From assembly GCA_964013405.1 (NCBI GenBank), contig CAXGWI010000083.1, forward strand, positions 1 to 15,683: 15,683 nucleotides of DNA, read 5' to 3'. Of this stretch, positions 1 to 8,929 are shown one piece after another. The translations under genes and the position numbers were made by a program. The notes under the pieces were generated by a model. That model did no database searches. It saw only the letters and a list, made by a program, of their open reading frames with translations, and was not told the origin of the DNA. Position 1 is the stretch's first letter; every line of letters starts with the position of its first letter. This DNA comes from an uncultured Myxococcales bacterium. GTDB taxonomy: Bacteria > Myxococcota > UBA4151.

Positions 1-1
1 C

Positions 2-655
2 TTGGATGAGCGGGTGATCCGGGATCCGGTCCACCGCTTCCTTGAGTTGGCTGAGAACGCTTGTCATCTCGATGTCATGGAGCCCGGCACGGTCGTTGAT
101 GTCGATATGAAGGGCAAGCGGATTGAAGCTCTGGTCACCAGCCGAGGACAGCGAATCCAGGCGTCAGAATTCCTCCATTCCGGGACTCCTGCTGATCTGG
201 ATTGGGGCCCCGACCGCAAACGGGGCTCGCTCACCAGCCGTTGGAACGAGGACTTAGGGGCCCCGTGGCGTCGTCTTCGGTTAGAGATCAGCGTGCACCC
301 CCAAAACTGGCCGGATTTTTTGGTTGGGCCTCTTCTTTTTGAGGACTTGGGGCTCGGGGTTTCCGTGACTCCGTTTCCTGATCGGGTCGTCCTCGATACC
401 ATCCTGAGCGAGGAGAATCAGGTGTCCGCCGTGATGGATGCCCTCCACCGACATTTACCGTGGCTTCGGCTACCCGAGCCGGATGTTCATGCCATCGAGT
501 TGCCCCGCCGGAGTGATGTGACGGCGCCGCTTCCTAGCTTTAGGGAGTACTGCCCCAATCTCCTCTTCGCCCCAGATCGCCTGACCTTTGGCATGGGGCT
601 CAATCAGCCCTTTCGGGCCGCTCGAGAGTTAGCAGACCTGCTTATCGAGCCCTGA
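2..655 (+). CDS. Probably 5'-truncated; C-terminal part of a degenerate FAD-dependent oxidoreductase (phytoene desaturase/amine oxidase-like fold)
   Basis: The frame is open from the window edge. VVDVDMKGKRIEALVTSRGQRIQASEFLHSG resembles the mid-protein beta-meander of flavoproteins. The C-terminal NLLFAPDRLTFGMGLNQPFRAARELADLL resembles NLYLAGDxTxPGxGxxGAxxSGxxAA. Overlaps the menD 3' end by 14 nt. Confidence 0.45.
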   Translation: MDERVIRDPVHRFLELAENACHLDVMEPGTVVDVDMKGKRIEALVTSRGQRIQASEFLHSGTPADLDWGPDRKRGSLTSRWNEDLGAPWRRLRLEISVHPQNWPDFLVGPLLFEDLGLGVSVTPFPDRVVLDTILSEENQVSAVMDALHRHLPWLRLPEPDVHAIELPRRSDVTAPLPSFREYCPNLLFAPDRLTFGMGLNQPFRAARELADLLIEP

Positions 656-2201
656 GGTCGAACTCCACGAAGCAGGAGCCGGCTTGGTCTTCGAGCCAGG
701 CCTTCAGCCCTGGGCCTTGGTGCGGCAGCACGCGCCGCGTCGGCAGGCCGAAGAGGGCTGCGGCAGCGCAAAGGTCGAGGTGTTGAGGCGTTGCGAAGAA
801 ACGCTCGTGATCTAAGGGGTCGATCAACTTTGCTGCGGGCAGTTGGTCGAAGATTCGCCCCCCGTCGTTGTTGATCACCACCACGCAGATCGGAACTTCG
901 CTTTCCTGGATGAGCCGCAAACTGTTCAGGTCGTGAAACAGGCTTAAATCACCCAGCAGGCAGGTCACTTTGCGACCGGTGCCGGCGGCCATGCCGGCGC
1001 TGAACGCAAGCTGGCCGTCGATGCCGCAAGCACCTCGGTTGCCGTAAATATCGGTGGGTGCATGACCGGGTCGTACCGCTTCATCAAAGCGTCGTACCGA
1101 CAGGCTGTTGCCAAGGACGACAATGCTGTCCAATGGGAGGGCCCCCGCTAGATGCTGGATCAACTGCTCCTCGTCGGTCGCAGGTGAGGAGAGGGGGCGG
1201 ACCGGCCCAAGGTAGGTTCGTAGCTCGTTCGCCGGGGGACAAAGCGCGACGAGTTGAGCGGCCACGGGACCGCCGAGGGCGGCGGCTTCCGGGTCGAGCG
1301 GATTGTTCTGGGCCTCTCGACCGAGTCCAAAGATGGGCACGCCAGCATCGGTCCATTCGACCAAAGCGCGGCGCCAGGTGGTGGCCGTGGGCCAATGTCC
1401 CAGCCGGAGCACCCATGATGGGGTCGCATCTGGGGGTGTCAGCTCTTGAAAGGCCCGTAGGGAGGGGTGGTGCCGGAGGCCAGAGGCGCTCTCTGCGAGC
1501 AGCGTAGAGCCTGTGCTCTGAAGGAAGGTCGCAAGCTCGTCGACGCAGTCTTCCCGGTGGGCCCGTCCCCCGGCGATCACCAGGCCGGACCCTTCGAGCA
1601 AGGCCCGGTGGGGGAGGCTTGGGGGTGATAACGGCTCCCGAGTTGGGAGCGGGGTCTCGAGACTTGGGGCTGGTTGCAGCGTGAGGGGCTTGGCGAGGGG
1701 GACGTTGATATGAAGGGACGCCCCTGCTTCCTGGTCGGCAAGAAGACAGCCGAGGCGTTGGAGTTCAGCCGCACCTTTCTTGGCTTCGAACTCAATAAAG
1801 GTCTCCACTTGGGGTCGAAAGAGATCGCGATGGTCGGCCGACTGGGGGGCGCCTCGGTGACGGAGGTCACTGGGGCGGTCGGCGCTGATGAGGACGAGGT
1901 CAAGATGACTCGCTTTTGCTTCCACGAGGGCCGGGTGCCAATGACAGGGGGCCGAGCCAGAGGTTGCGATAAGTCCTGGGCGCTTCCCCGCCTGCCTCAA
2001 CCCGAGCGCAAAGAAAGCAGCAGCTCGCTCATCAGCGATGGGGTGTAGGGTCAACTCCGCTCGTTCGAGGGCAGCCATCACGAGGGGGGTTGAGCGGGAA
2101 CCGGGCGAAACAACGCAATCGGTGAGCCCCCACTGAATCAGCAGGTCGAGCAGGCCGCGGACGCCGCTGGACTGAGCTTGGGAGCCGGGTCGATCACGCA
2201 A
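642..2201 (-). CDS. menD: 2-succinyl-5-enolpyruvyl-6-hydroxy-3-cyclohexene-1-carboxylate synthase (ThDP-dependent)
   Basis: Motifs SPGSRSTPL, DERAAAFFALG, ADRPxxL, NRGACGIDG, GDLSLFHDLNSL, NNDGGRIF. Start uncertain: TTG at 2201 chosen (GGGG upstream, overlaps the menF end); the ORF extends to TTG 2222. Confidence 0.93.
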   Translation of the reverse strand: MRDRPGSQAQSSGVRGLLDLLIQWGLTDCVVSPGSRSTPLVMAALERAELTLHPIADERAAAFFALGLRQAGKRPGLIATSGSAPCHWHPALVEAKASHLDLVLISADRPSDLRHRGAPQSADHRDLFRPQVETFIEFEAKKGAAELQRLGCLLADQEAGASLHINVPLAKPLTLQPAPSLETPLPTREPLSPPSLPHRALLEGSGLVIAGGRAHREDCVDELATFLQSTGSTLLAESASGLRHHPSLRAFQELTPPDATPSWVLRLGHWPTATTWRRALVEWTDAGVPIFGLGREAQNNPLDPEAAALGGPVAAQLVALCPPANELRTYLGPVRPLSSPATDEEQLIQHLAGALPLDSIVVLGNSLSVRRFDEAVRPGHAPTDIYGNRGACGIDGQLAFSAGMAAGTGRKVTCLLGDLSLFHDLNSLRLIQESEVPICVVVINNDGGRIFDQLPAAKLIDPLDHERFFATPQHLDLCAAAALFGLPTRRVLPHQGPGLKAWLEDQAGSCFVEFDLRAR

Positions 2202-3294
2202 GGTGCAGCCCCGATTCGGCAAGGATCGATTCCCGCTTTAGGTGAATCTCGGCCAGCTCCTGTCGGGGTCTTGAGCCCGGGACACAACCGGCGCCAGCGA
2301 TCAGTTCTAAGTGGTCGCCCCGTTGCTGAATGGCTCGCAGTCCGACGATTAAGGCCCCCGATGAACGAGAGAACCAACCGATCACCCCACCGTAGAGCCC
2401 CCGGGGAAACCGCTCCACCGATTGCAGAACTCGTAATGCTTCAAGTCGCGGTTGGCCACAGAGGGCTGGCGTCGGGTGGAGCATGGCCGCGAGGAGCAGC
2501 GGATGGATCTTTGGGCCCTGCCCATGAAGCCGGGTGCACAGGTGCTGTAGGCCCGGCAGTTGGATGAGTTCTGGAGCCTGGGCTGGGCCGATTTGTTCGC
2601 AATGGTGCTCGAGATGTTGGCGGATGTGGTCAACCACACTCATGTGCTCCCGGCGGTCTTTTTCGCTCCCAAGGAGACCTTGACCCATCCGTGCGTCTTC
2701 TTCGGGATCTGAACTTCGGCCGGTGGTGCCGGCGAGGGCCATCGATTCGACTGCCTCGCCCTGCCAGCGCAGCAAGGCCTCTGGGCTTTTTGCGTAGAAA
2801 GCCCGGTCGGACTCCTGGAGACTCATGGTCCAAACCAAGCCGTCGCCGCCCGTAGGCTGCAACCAGGCTGGAGGGGACTCGGTCCGCAGACGTTGGGCGA
2901 GGACGACCTTATCCAGTTTCCCTTGGGCGAAGAGGGGGGCCAGGCTGGAGATGGATTGAAGCATCTCGTCATCCGTGGGCTGAAGGCCTCGGGCCGTGGC
3001 CGCCAAGGAGGGGTTGGGACTGGCCTCGGCCATCGGTCCGACGTCGATGGACTCCGGGAGCCAGAGTTTCGCCTGAAAGCCGGGCTCACCATCCCGCTGG
3101 TCCGGGAAGTCAAAGGTGACGAGCATCCGACTGCTGTCGTCGGCTGGGAGTTGTCGGATTGCCTCGAGGAGAAGGGGGTTGAGGTCGTTCTGGACGGCCT
3201 TCAAGCGCACCCAGGTTTGGGCAGACCACCGGCTACCGTGGGCGACGAAAGCCTCGGCCGCTGCTGGGCCACCGAAGTGAAGGCGGGGACGCAT
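2194..3294 (-). CDS. menF: Isochorismate synthase (chorismate-binding MST family)
   Basis: Motifs KVVLA, SPE, ALAGT, SEKDRREH, QHL, LHPTPALCGxP, RGLYGGVIGW, AGAGxVxGSxPxxExxEIxxK. Lies directly upstream of menD. Confidence 0.9.
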   Translation of the reverse strand: MRPRLHFGGPAAAEAFVAHGSRWSAQTWVRLKAVQNDLNPLLLEAIRQLPADDSSRMLVTFDFPDQRDGEPGFQAKLWLPESIDVGPMAEASPNPSLAATARGLQPTDDEMLQSISSLAPLFAQGKLDKVVLAQRLRTESPPAWLQPTGGDGLVWTMSLQESDRAFYAKSPEALLRWQGEAVESMALAGTTGRSSDPEEDARMGQGLLGSEKDRREHMSVVDHIRQHLEHHCEQIGPAQAPELIQLPGLQHLCTRLHGQGPKIHPLLLAAMLHPTPALCGQPRLEALRVLQSVERFPRGLYGGVIGWFSRSSGALIVGLRAIQQRGDHLELIAGAGCVPGSRPRQELAEIHLKRESILAESGLHLA

Positions 3295-4032
3295 TCAGAG
3301 GCGCCGCCCCGTGTACAAGCGTGCAGCCCCAAAGGTGAGCGCTTGGTGCTCCACCTCATGAAAGCCGACCTGTTCAAGCTGGGCACAGAACTCCGAAGGC
3401 GCCGGGAATTGGGCAATTGAGTCTGGCAGGTATTTGTACTCCTGTGCCCCCGACAGGATCGCCCCGAGTTGGGGCAGGATGTGGTGCATGTAGAATCGCC
3501 CCGTGGGGCCGACGAGAAAGCCCTCCGGCTCCCCGCCCTCCAAGATGGCAAATCGCCCGCCGGGCCGCAGGACTCGCTTCATTTCGTCCAGGGCTCGATC
3601 TCGGTCTGGCACATTGCGAATCCCCCAGGCCATCGAGATGCCGTGGAAGCGCTCAGACTCGAAGGGCAGGCTTTGGGCGTCACCCTCGACCAACTCCACG
3701 TGCTCCGTCAGGGCTGCATCTGTGACCTTTTTACGGCCGACTTCGAGCATGGCCGGGCTGGGGTCGAGCCCGACGACTTGGAGGCCAGGGACCCTTCGTG
3801 CAGCCATGATGGCCAAGTCAGCGGTCCCGGTGGCGAGATCGAGCATGTAATGGTTTGGGCTGAGTTCAAGACTCTTCAACGCCCGTCGTCGCCAGCCTTG
3901 ATCCATGCCGAAGCTTTGCAGGCGGTTGAGGAGGTCATACCGCCCCGCAATTCGGTCGAACATCGCGCCCGAACCGCCCAGGACACCGCTCTCCGTCATG
4001 GGCTTGCCGACAGGATCGAGATCTTGGCTCAT
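3295..4032 (-). CDS. ubiE: Demethylmenaquinone methyltransferase (UbiE/MenG family)
   Basis: Motifs MFDRIAGRYDLLNRLQSFG, SAM-binding LDLATGTADLA, GDAQSLPF, GIRNV, RVLRPGGR, YKYLPDSI. ATGA overlap with the upstream gene; its stop abuts the menF ATG. Confidence 0.93.
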   Translation of the reverse strand: MSQDLDPVGKPMTESGVLGGSGAMFDRIAGRYDLLNRLQSFGMDQGWRRRALKSLELSPNHYMLDLATGTADLAIMAARRVPGLQVVGLDPSPAMLEVGRKKVTDAALTEHVELVEGDAQSLPFESERFHGISMAWGIRNVPDRDRALDEMKRVLRPGGRFAILEGGEPEGFLVGPTGRFYMHHILPQLGAILSGAQEYKYLPDSIAQFPAPSEFCAQLEQVGFHEVEHQALTFGAARLYTGRRL

Positions 4033-5111
4033 GAGACCCGCTCGACCAGTAGTCGAGTCATCAAGCCGAGGGCGGAGCGAGCCAAGGTGTCGGGTAAGGC
4101 ATCAATACGCTCGTGAGCTTCTTCGAGCCGATCCTGAATCATGCTTCGCGCTGATTCGAGGGCGCCGCTGGCCTCTAGGGCTTCGAGTAAGGCCTGGGTT
4201 TTCTCGGGATCCATCGCTTCGACGGGGCGATGGGCCAGGGATTGAATGAGGGGCCGGTACGTTGGTTGCTCCCGGAGGAGCCAAAGGACCGGCAGCGTGA
4301 GTTTGCCTTCGGCCAGGTCGCTAAGCAGAGGCTTGCCCGTTTGTCGCGGGTCACCAACCAAGTCCAACAGGTCATCTTGCACCTGAAAGGCTAGGCCTAG
4401 ATTGGTCGCAAAACGAGTCAGTTGATCGCGCTGCTCTTCGTCAAGGCCGGCGATGTGCCCACCATAACAAAGGGCCAAACGAAACAGGGAAGCGGTTTTG
4501 CCGTCGATGACCTTGAGATACGAGGCCGAACATTCGGTCAGATTCTGGCTCAGTTCAGCTTGCAGAATCTCGGCCTCGATCAGTTGATCGATGCAATCCA
4601 GGGCGGCGGGAAGGGCCCAGGGATGACCCACGCTGTGGATCAAGCGAAGGGCGCGCACCAGGAGCCAGTCACCGGCAAAGACGGAAACCGTGTTGCCAAA
4701 AGTCACGCGGGCCGTCGGTTGGCCCCGCCGCTCGTCGGCCAGATCGACCACATCATCGTGCAACAGGGTTGCGTTGTGAATGTATTCGACCACGGCAGCC
4801 ATTTGGAGTGCGTCCTCTCGCGACCGTTGCTGGCCGAGGCGACTGGCGACGAGAAGACAGAGGGGCCTGATGCGTTTACCACCGGCCGCGAGCAAGGGCT
4901 GAGCAACGGTCTGAGCCCGGTCTGTTTGGGGCTCGAACAAGAGGGATTCAACCCCGCTTAGGTCCTCCGAGAGCCAGCGCCTGAGCAAGGCGAGACCTTC
5001 GGCTTGCGATGAGTTTCCGACCGCTCTTGCGAAATCCTCAAGGCGCGTCGGGACGGCTTCAGACACGGTATCCTCCACGGCAGCAAGAGCACCGACTGGG
5101 GTTGTCGTCAA
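4029..5111 (-). CDS. Long-chain trans-polyprenyl diphosphate synthase (IspB/HepT-like)
   Basis: Motifs GGKRIRP, FARM HNATLLHDDVVD followed by RRG, GKTASLF, SARM FQVQDDLLD, DLAEGKLTLP. Ala five residues before the FARM fits long-chain products. TTG start at 5111 chosen, 7 nt after the upstream stop; the ORF extends to 5231. Confidence 0.9.
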   Translation of the reverse strand: MTTTPVGALAAVEDTVSEAVPTRLEDFARAVGNSSQAEGLALLRRWLSEDLSGVESLLFEPQTDRAQTVAQPLLAAGGKRIRPLCLLVASRLGQQRSREDALQMAAVVEYIHNATLLHDDVVDLADERRGQPTARVTFGNTVSVFAGDWLLVRALRLIHSVGHPWALPAALDCIDQLIEAEILQAELSQNLTECSASYLKVIDGKTASLFRLALCYGGHIAGLDEEQRDQLTRFATNLGLAFQVQDDLLDLVGDPRQTGKPLLSDLAEGKLTLPVLWLLREQPTYRPLIQSLAHRPVEAMDPEKTQALLEALEASGALESARSMIQDRLEEAHERIDALPDTLARSALGLMTRLLVERVS

Positions 5112-5118
5112 CGCTTTC

Positions 5119-6642
5119 TCAGTCCACCTCAAGGGCCACGGGGTGGTGGCGGTCCTGCCGGTCACCAAGTCCAAGTTGGCCCCAGGAATTCCGTCCCCAG
5201 CATGAAAGCGTGCCCGCCACGTCGATGGCACAGGTCCCTTCGTGGCCGGCTGCGATGGCGACGATCTCGTCCAGATCTGCCAAGAGGACTGGACTTGGAC
5301 GGCAGCCCGCAGTCACGCCGTCCGGTGGGATGCAGAGTTCGCCAGCAGCGGTGCCATCGCCCACCTGACCCCGCCGGTTGTCGCCCCAGCAAACAACGGT
5401 TCCGCCGCGGGTGAGGGCGCAGCTGTGCCGTGCCCCGGCAGCGATGGCTTGGGCTGGTGCCAAACCGTCGACCTCGGCCGGCCTTGGGTGGCAGTGGTTC
5501 CGACTGCTCTGACCCAGTCGGCAGCGGCGTGGAGATGGAATGGCACCCTGTCCCACTTGCCCGTAGCCATTGTAACCCCAGCAGGTCACTTGTCCCTGCT
5601 CGTCGAGGGCGCAGGAATGCCGTTCACCAAGGGCCAACTGGGTGATCGCCGTCAGGTTTCGTACGGGGACGGGAACGAAGGCATCCTGATCGGAACCATT
5701 GCCCAGTTGCCCCTCCGCATTTCGCCCCCAACATCTCACCGCACCATCGCTGACGATGGCACAGGTGTGAAAGCCACCGAGGGCGAGCCCGCTGAGACCT
5801 TCAAGTCCTTCAACTTGCACCGGCTGGGCCAATTGAGCCCGGCGTTGAGGGTCGCCCAACTGACCGTGCAGATTTGAGCCCCAGCAACTGAGGTGTCCGT
5901 CGTGGTGGGCGCAGCTGTGGGTCAGCCCAGCCCCCATCGACTCGACACCCGAAAGTTGGGTGCTGCCCCGTGCATAGCGGCATGTTTCTCGGGCGGTCCG
6001 AGAGCAGCTCTCACTGGGTTCAGGCCCCGTTTGTCCGGCCGTTGCCAGGCCCCAACAGGCGCCCGTTCCATCGGCCAACCACTCACAGAGGTGCCCGCCA
6101 CCGGCCACGATGCCGGCGGGGCTGCGCTCGAAGATGGGGCCGGGGGCCAGCCGGTCGACGCCGACTTCACCGCCGAGGGCACCGTAGCGGTTGTTACCCC
6201 AGCAGCGTAGCGAGCCGTTCATCTCGAAAGCACAACTGATCGCGCCCGAATCACCGCCACCCATGATGATGCGATCCCAGACTGGCTGGGGGCGTCGGCA
6301 GTCGGAAGTACAGGTCTCAGACCCTGGCGCATCACAGGCTTCGTAGCCAGGGGCGTCGGGGTTTACATCCATGCGCTGAAAACCGTCGCCGCATCGGGCC
6401 TCTTGGCAGGTCGAGGTGCATGCGTCCTGATCGTTCAGGTTGCCGTCGTCACAGGCCTCGCCAGGACTCAAGAGACCATCGCCACACCTGGCTGGGGCAC
6501 AAAGGCTCGTGCAATCATCTGCATCGTCCGTGTTGCCGTCATCGCAGGCTTCTGAGCCTTCGGTGTGTCCATCGCCGCAAACGGGGGAGGCTGGAGCGCA
6601 GGCGCACAATGCAGAGCCCAACAGCAGGGCCTGGAGCCTCAT
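5119..6642 (-). CDS. Lipoprotein with three myxobacterial Cys-rich (CGDG...EACDDGN) repeats and a 7-bladed RCC1/BLIP-II-like beta-propeller
   Basis: ATG at 6642 in an ATGA overlap; signal peptide [15 protein letters not shown]. Repeats CGDG-x-EACDDGN-x-C-T-S-x-C (DUF4215-like). Seven CWGxNxxGQLG-type RCC1 repeats with GxxHxCA motifs. Confidence 0.88.
   Translation of the reverse strand: MRLQALLLGSALCACAPASPVCGDGHTEGSEACDDGNTDDADDCTSLCAPARCGDGLLSPGEACDDGNLNDQDACTSTCQEARCGDGFQRMDVNPDAPGYEACDAPGSETCTSDCRRPQPVWDRIIMGGGDSGAISCAFEMNGSLRCWGNNRYGALGGEVGVDRLAPGPIFERSPAGIVAGGGHLCEWLADGTGACWGLATAGQTGPEPSESCSRTARETCRYARGSTQLSGVESMGAGLTHSCAHHDGHLSCWGSNLHGQLGDPQRRAQLAQPVQVEGLEGLSGLALGGFHTCAIVSDGAVRCWGRNAEGQLGNGSDQDAFVPVPVRNLTAITQLALGERHSCALDEQGQVTCWGYNGYGQVGQGAIPSPRRCRLGQSSRNHCHPRPAEVDGLAPAQAIAAGARHSCALTRGGTVVCWGDNRRGQVGDGTAAGELCIPPDGVTAGCRPSPVLLADLDEIVAIAAGHEGTCAIDVAGTLSCWGRNSWGQLGLGDRQDRHHPVALEVD
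6298..6579 (-). repeat. Three tandem myxobacterial cysteine-rich repeats (coding)
   Basis: [27 protein letters not shown] / [27 protein letters not shown] / CGDGFQ...[16 protein letters not shown]. Confidence 0.8.
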
Positions 6643-7964
6643 GGGTCCGTGCAACTCTGCCCCTGCTCCGGCATGCAATTCTGCCCGACGACTCGACCGG
6701 CAACGCGAACGGGGGCGCAGAGGAAGCCGCTGGGGCAACTGGGCTGGTTTGGATCGCAGAGCAGTCCACAGCGGTAACTGGCGCAGAGGCCGCCCGAGCA
6801 ACGACCAGGAACGTTCTCGGCCGGCGTTGCGCCAACGCATTCCTGGCCCTGGGCACATTCTCGGGTGAAGAAGCAGGGGTAGGCCGGGTTGCAGTAGAAG
6901 CCGTCGCCGCCGCAGTCCGCGTTGGCGTGACAGGCCGTGCGGCTCGCCTCGCCAATACAGAAATTTCCTTCACCGCAGTCGGACAGGACCCGGTGGTTGC
7001 AGGCTCGGCAGAGGCCGCCGGGAAGACCGTCTCGGCAGTGGCCCACCTCCCCATCGCAATATTGCCCTGGCTCGCAAAAGAGGTCCGCCTGGCAGGCTTG
7101 GGCGCAGCGGCCTCCATCGGCACAGACTTCATCGGCACACGTGCCCTGAACACAGGCCTGATCCAGGGGGCAATCCCGATGTTCATCACAGCCATCAATA
7201 CAGCGCCCGGAATCGCAGCGCTCACCCAGCGGGCAGGCCTTGTTGACGCTACATCCAGGCACGCAGAGGCCGGAACGACAGACGGTCCCTTCCGGGCATT
7301 CCTGATCCTCGCCATTCGGGCACCGGGTGGGTGGCTGACAATAACCATCGAGACAGCGCCAGTCGGCCGGGCATTCCGCATTCTGCTGGCAGGACACCAC
7401 ACAGGCCCCTTCAAGACAGGTGCTGCCCCGGGGGCAGTCGACGTCCGAGCGACACGCTGGCGGAAGCGAGCAATCGCCAAAAGCCGGAACACATTGGGCG
7501 GCGGTGCCGAATTGCCAGCACACCGATCCCGTGGGGCAGCGGTCCGGATCGGCGCTGCAGTCCACCCCGCAGGCGCCTCCGGGCAGGCAAAGATCTTGGG
7601 ATTGGCCACATTCTGAACTGCTGCTGCACGGTGAGCAGAGCCCGCCTCGGGGACGGCAAACACCTTCGGCACTGCAATACAAAGCCAAGGAGCAATCACT
7701 GTCGACTCGGCAGCCACCTTCTTGGGCTTCGCAGCGTCCTGTGTAGGGATTGCAGCGCTCGCCGCTGTCACAGATGTTGGAGCTGGCACAGACACAGAGT
7801 CCCGTCCAAGCATCACAGGCCTGGCCTGTGGGGCAATCCTCATCTTGGAGACATGCGACGGTCTGCTCGTCGCCCGTGGGCCTCTCGCCATCAGTCGTAC
7901 AGCCTGGCCCGAAGACGACCAGGCCAAGGACGAACCCAATGGAACTTAACGCCAGCGCCTTCAA
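6639..7964 (-). CDS. Cysteine-rich repeat lipoprotein (myxobacterial, Dickkopf-N/EB-like modules)
   Basis: TTG start preceded by GGGGAG. Signal peptide with lipobox [22 protein letters not shown]. About 15 C-x2-D-x-D-C-P-x-G-x2-C-like modules. ATGA coupling to the next gene. Confidence 0.85.
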   Translation of the reverse strand: MKALALSSIGFVLGLVVFGPGCTTDGERPTGDEQTVACLQDEDCPTGQACDAWTGLCVCASSNICDSGERCNPYTGRCEAQEGGCRVDSDCSLALYCSAEGVCRPRGGLCSPCSSSSECGQSQDLCLPGGACGVDCSADPDRCPTGSVCWQFGTAAQCVPAFGDCSLPPACRSDVDCPRGSTCLEGACVVSCQQNAECPADWRCLDGYCQPPTRCPNGEDQECPEGTVCRSGLCVPGCSVNKACPLGERCDSGRCIDGCDEHRDCPLDQACVQGTCADEVCADGGRCAQACQADLFCEPGQYCDGEVGHCRDGLPGGLCRACNHRVLSDCGEGNFCIGEASRTACHANADCGGDGFYCNPAYPCFFTRECAQGQECVGATPAENVPGRCSGGLCASYRCGLLCDPNQPSCPSGFLCAPVRVAGRVVGQNCMPEQGQSCTDP

Positions 7965-8068
7965 CGCTCCCCCTGCCCCTTAAAGAATGCCCGATCTCAA
8001 CCAGAAGTCGAGGTTTGACGAGCCAGGGTCGCTGTGTCAACGGACGGTCGCCCTAGCCTGGAGTACCC

Positions 8069-8929
8069 ATGACAAAGGCCGATCTGGAGAAAGTCTTCCA
8101 GACAGCACGGCAGCTGTTAAACCGCAGTTGGGCCGTTGAAGCAGAGCAACTGGTGCGCACGGCGATTGCGATGCACCCCGGGACACCCGAATTGCAGGAT
8201 CTTTTAGGCGAATGCCTTTTGCGCCAAGGTCGCTGGATGGATAGCTTGGCCGTCTTGATGGATGGGGTGCGAGCATTCCCCGAAGACCAAGGGCTCAAAC
8301 TTCGCCTGGGCCAATTCCTCGCGGGCGAGGGCCTGCATACGGCGATGGAGGTCTTCCGACAGGTGGAGGAATCCCATGGCTCCGACCCGCTGGTTCTGTT
8401 GGAGATTGCCATGACGCTCGCCGACCTAGGAGATCCGGCGGAGGCTGAGCGCTATGCGACCCGGGCCCTCGAGGTCGACGAGGATTATTACGATGCGTGG
8501 ATTGAATTGGCCCATATCCGCATCGATGCGGGTGATTGGCGCGGCGCCGTCCAGCCGATCCGGCGGGCGATCGATTTGGGGGGGGCGCGGGCGGATTTGT
8601 GGGTCGACTTGGCCGCCGCCTATCTCCATTTGGGCTTCTATGGTGAGGCAGAAAAAGCCCTCGATGAAGCCGAGCAAATGGATGAGGAACACGTCGGGCT
8701 CTCCTATTACCGCGCCGCCTTGTCCGCATCCCAACGGGATCAACAGCGGGCGCTTCGGCACCTGCGGCGGGCTTTTTCGACCCAGCCTGAGCGCTTGCGA
8801 CGGCTCTTCCAGGTGGATCGTTTCTTCGATGAAGTTCGGGAATTACCCGAGGTCCTGGAAATCATTGGAACGGAAGCCATGGCAGGCGAGGTGAAGGTGC
8901 TCAACCCCCGGCGCCGACCCAAGCGATGA
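8069..8929 (+). CDS. Tetratricopeptide repeat protein with TPR end-of-group C-terminal domain
   Basis: GGAG RBS at 8060-8063. Repeated TPR helix pairs (LGECLLRQGRWMDS, LADLGDPAEAERYATRAL, YLHLGFYGEAEKAL). C-terminal YYRAAL...ALxxLxxA...DRFFDEVRELPE. ATGA overlap with ftsY. Confidence 0.85.
   Translation: MTKADLEKVFQTARQLLNRSWAVEAEQLVRTAIAMHPGTPELQDLLGECLLRQGRWMDSLAVLMDGVRAFPEDQGLKLRLGQFLAGEGLHTAMEVFRQVEESHGSDPLVLLEIAMTLADLGDPAEAERYATRALEVDEDYYDAWIELAHIRIDAGDWRGAVQPIRRAIDLGGARADLWVDLAAAYLHLGFYGEAEKALDEAEQMDEEHVGLSYYRAALSASQRDQQRALRHLRRAFSTQPERLRRLFQVDRFFDEVRELPEVLEIIGTEAMAGEVKVLNPRRRPKR

Noticed and set aside
2138..2197. GTG overlapping the menF stop (GTGA), opening a 19-codon frame; possible menD frameshift or leader peptide
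   Set aside because: An in-frame TTG at 2201 gives a plausible full MenD N-terminus, so no frameshift is needed.
5112..5231. N-terminal extension of the prenyl synthase ORF
   Set aside because: It overlaps the last RCC1 blade. The TTG at 5111 follows the upstream stop.
6643..6858. N-terminal extension of the 579-aa ORF
   Set aside because: It overlaps the upstream gene. The ATG at 6642 gives an ATGA overlap and a proper lipoprotein signal.
6420..7939. Long alternative ORFs 6420..7616 (+, 398 aa) and 6539..7939 (-, 466 aa)
   Set aside because: Ala/Arg/Pro/Ser-rich shadow frames of a GC-rich Cys-repeat gene, with no motifs or convincing RBS. The 6639..7964 frame has the signal peptide and the repeats.
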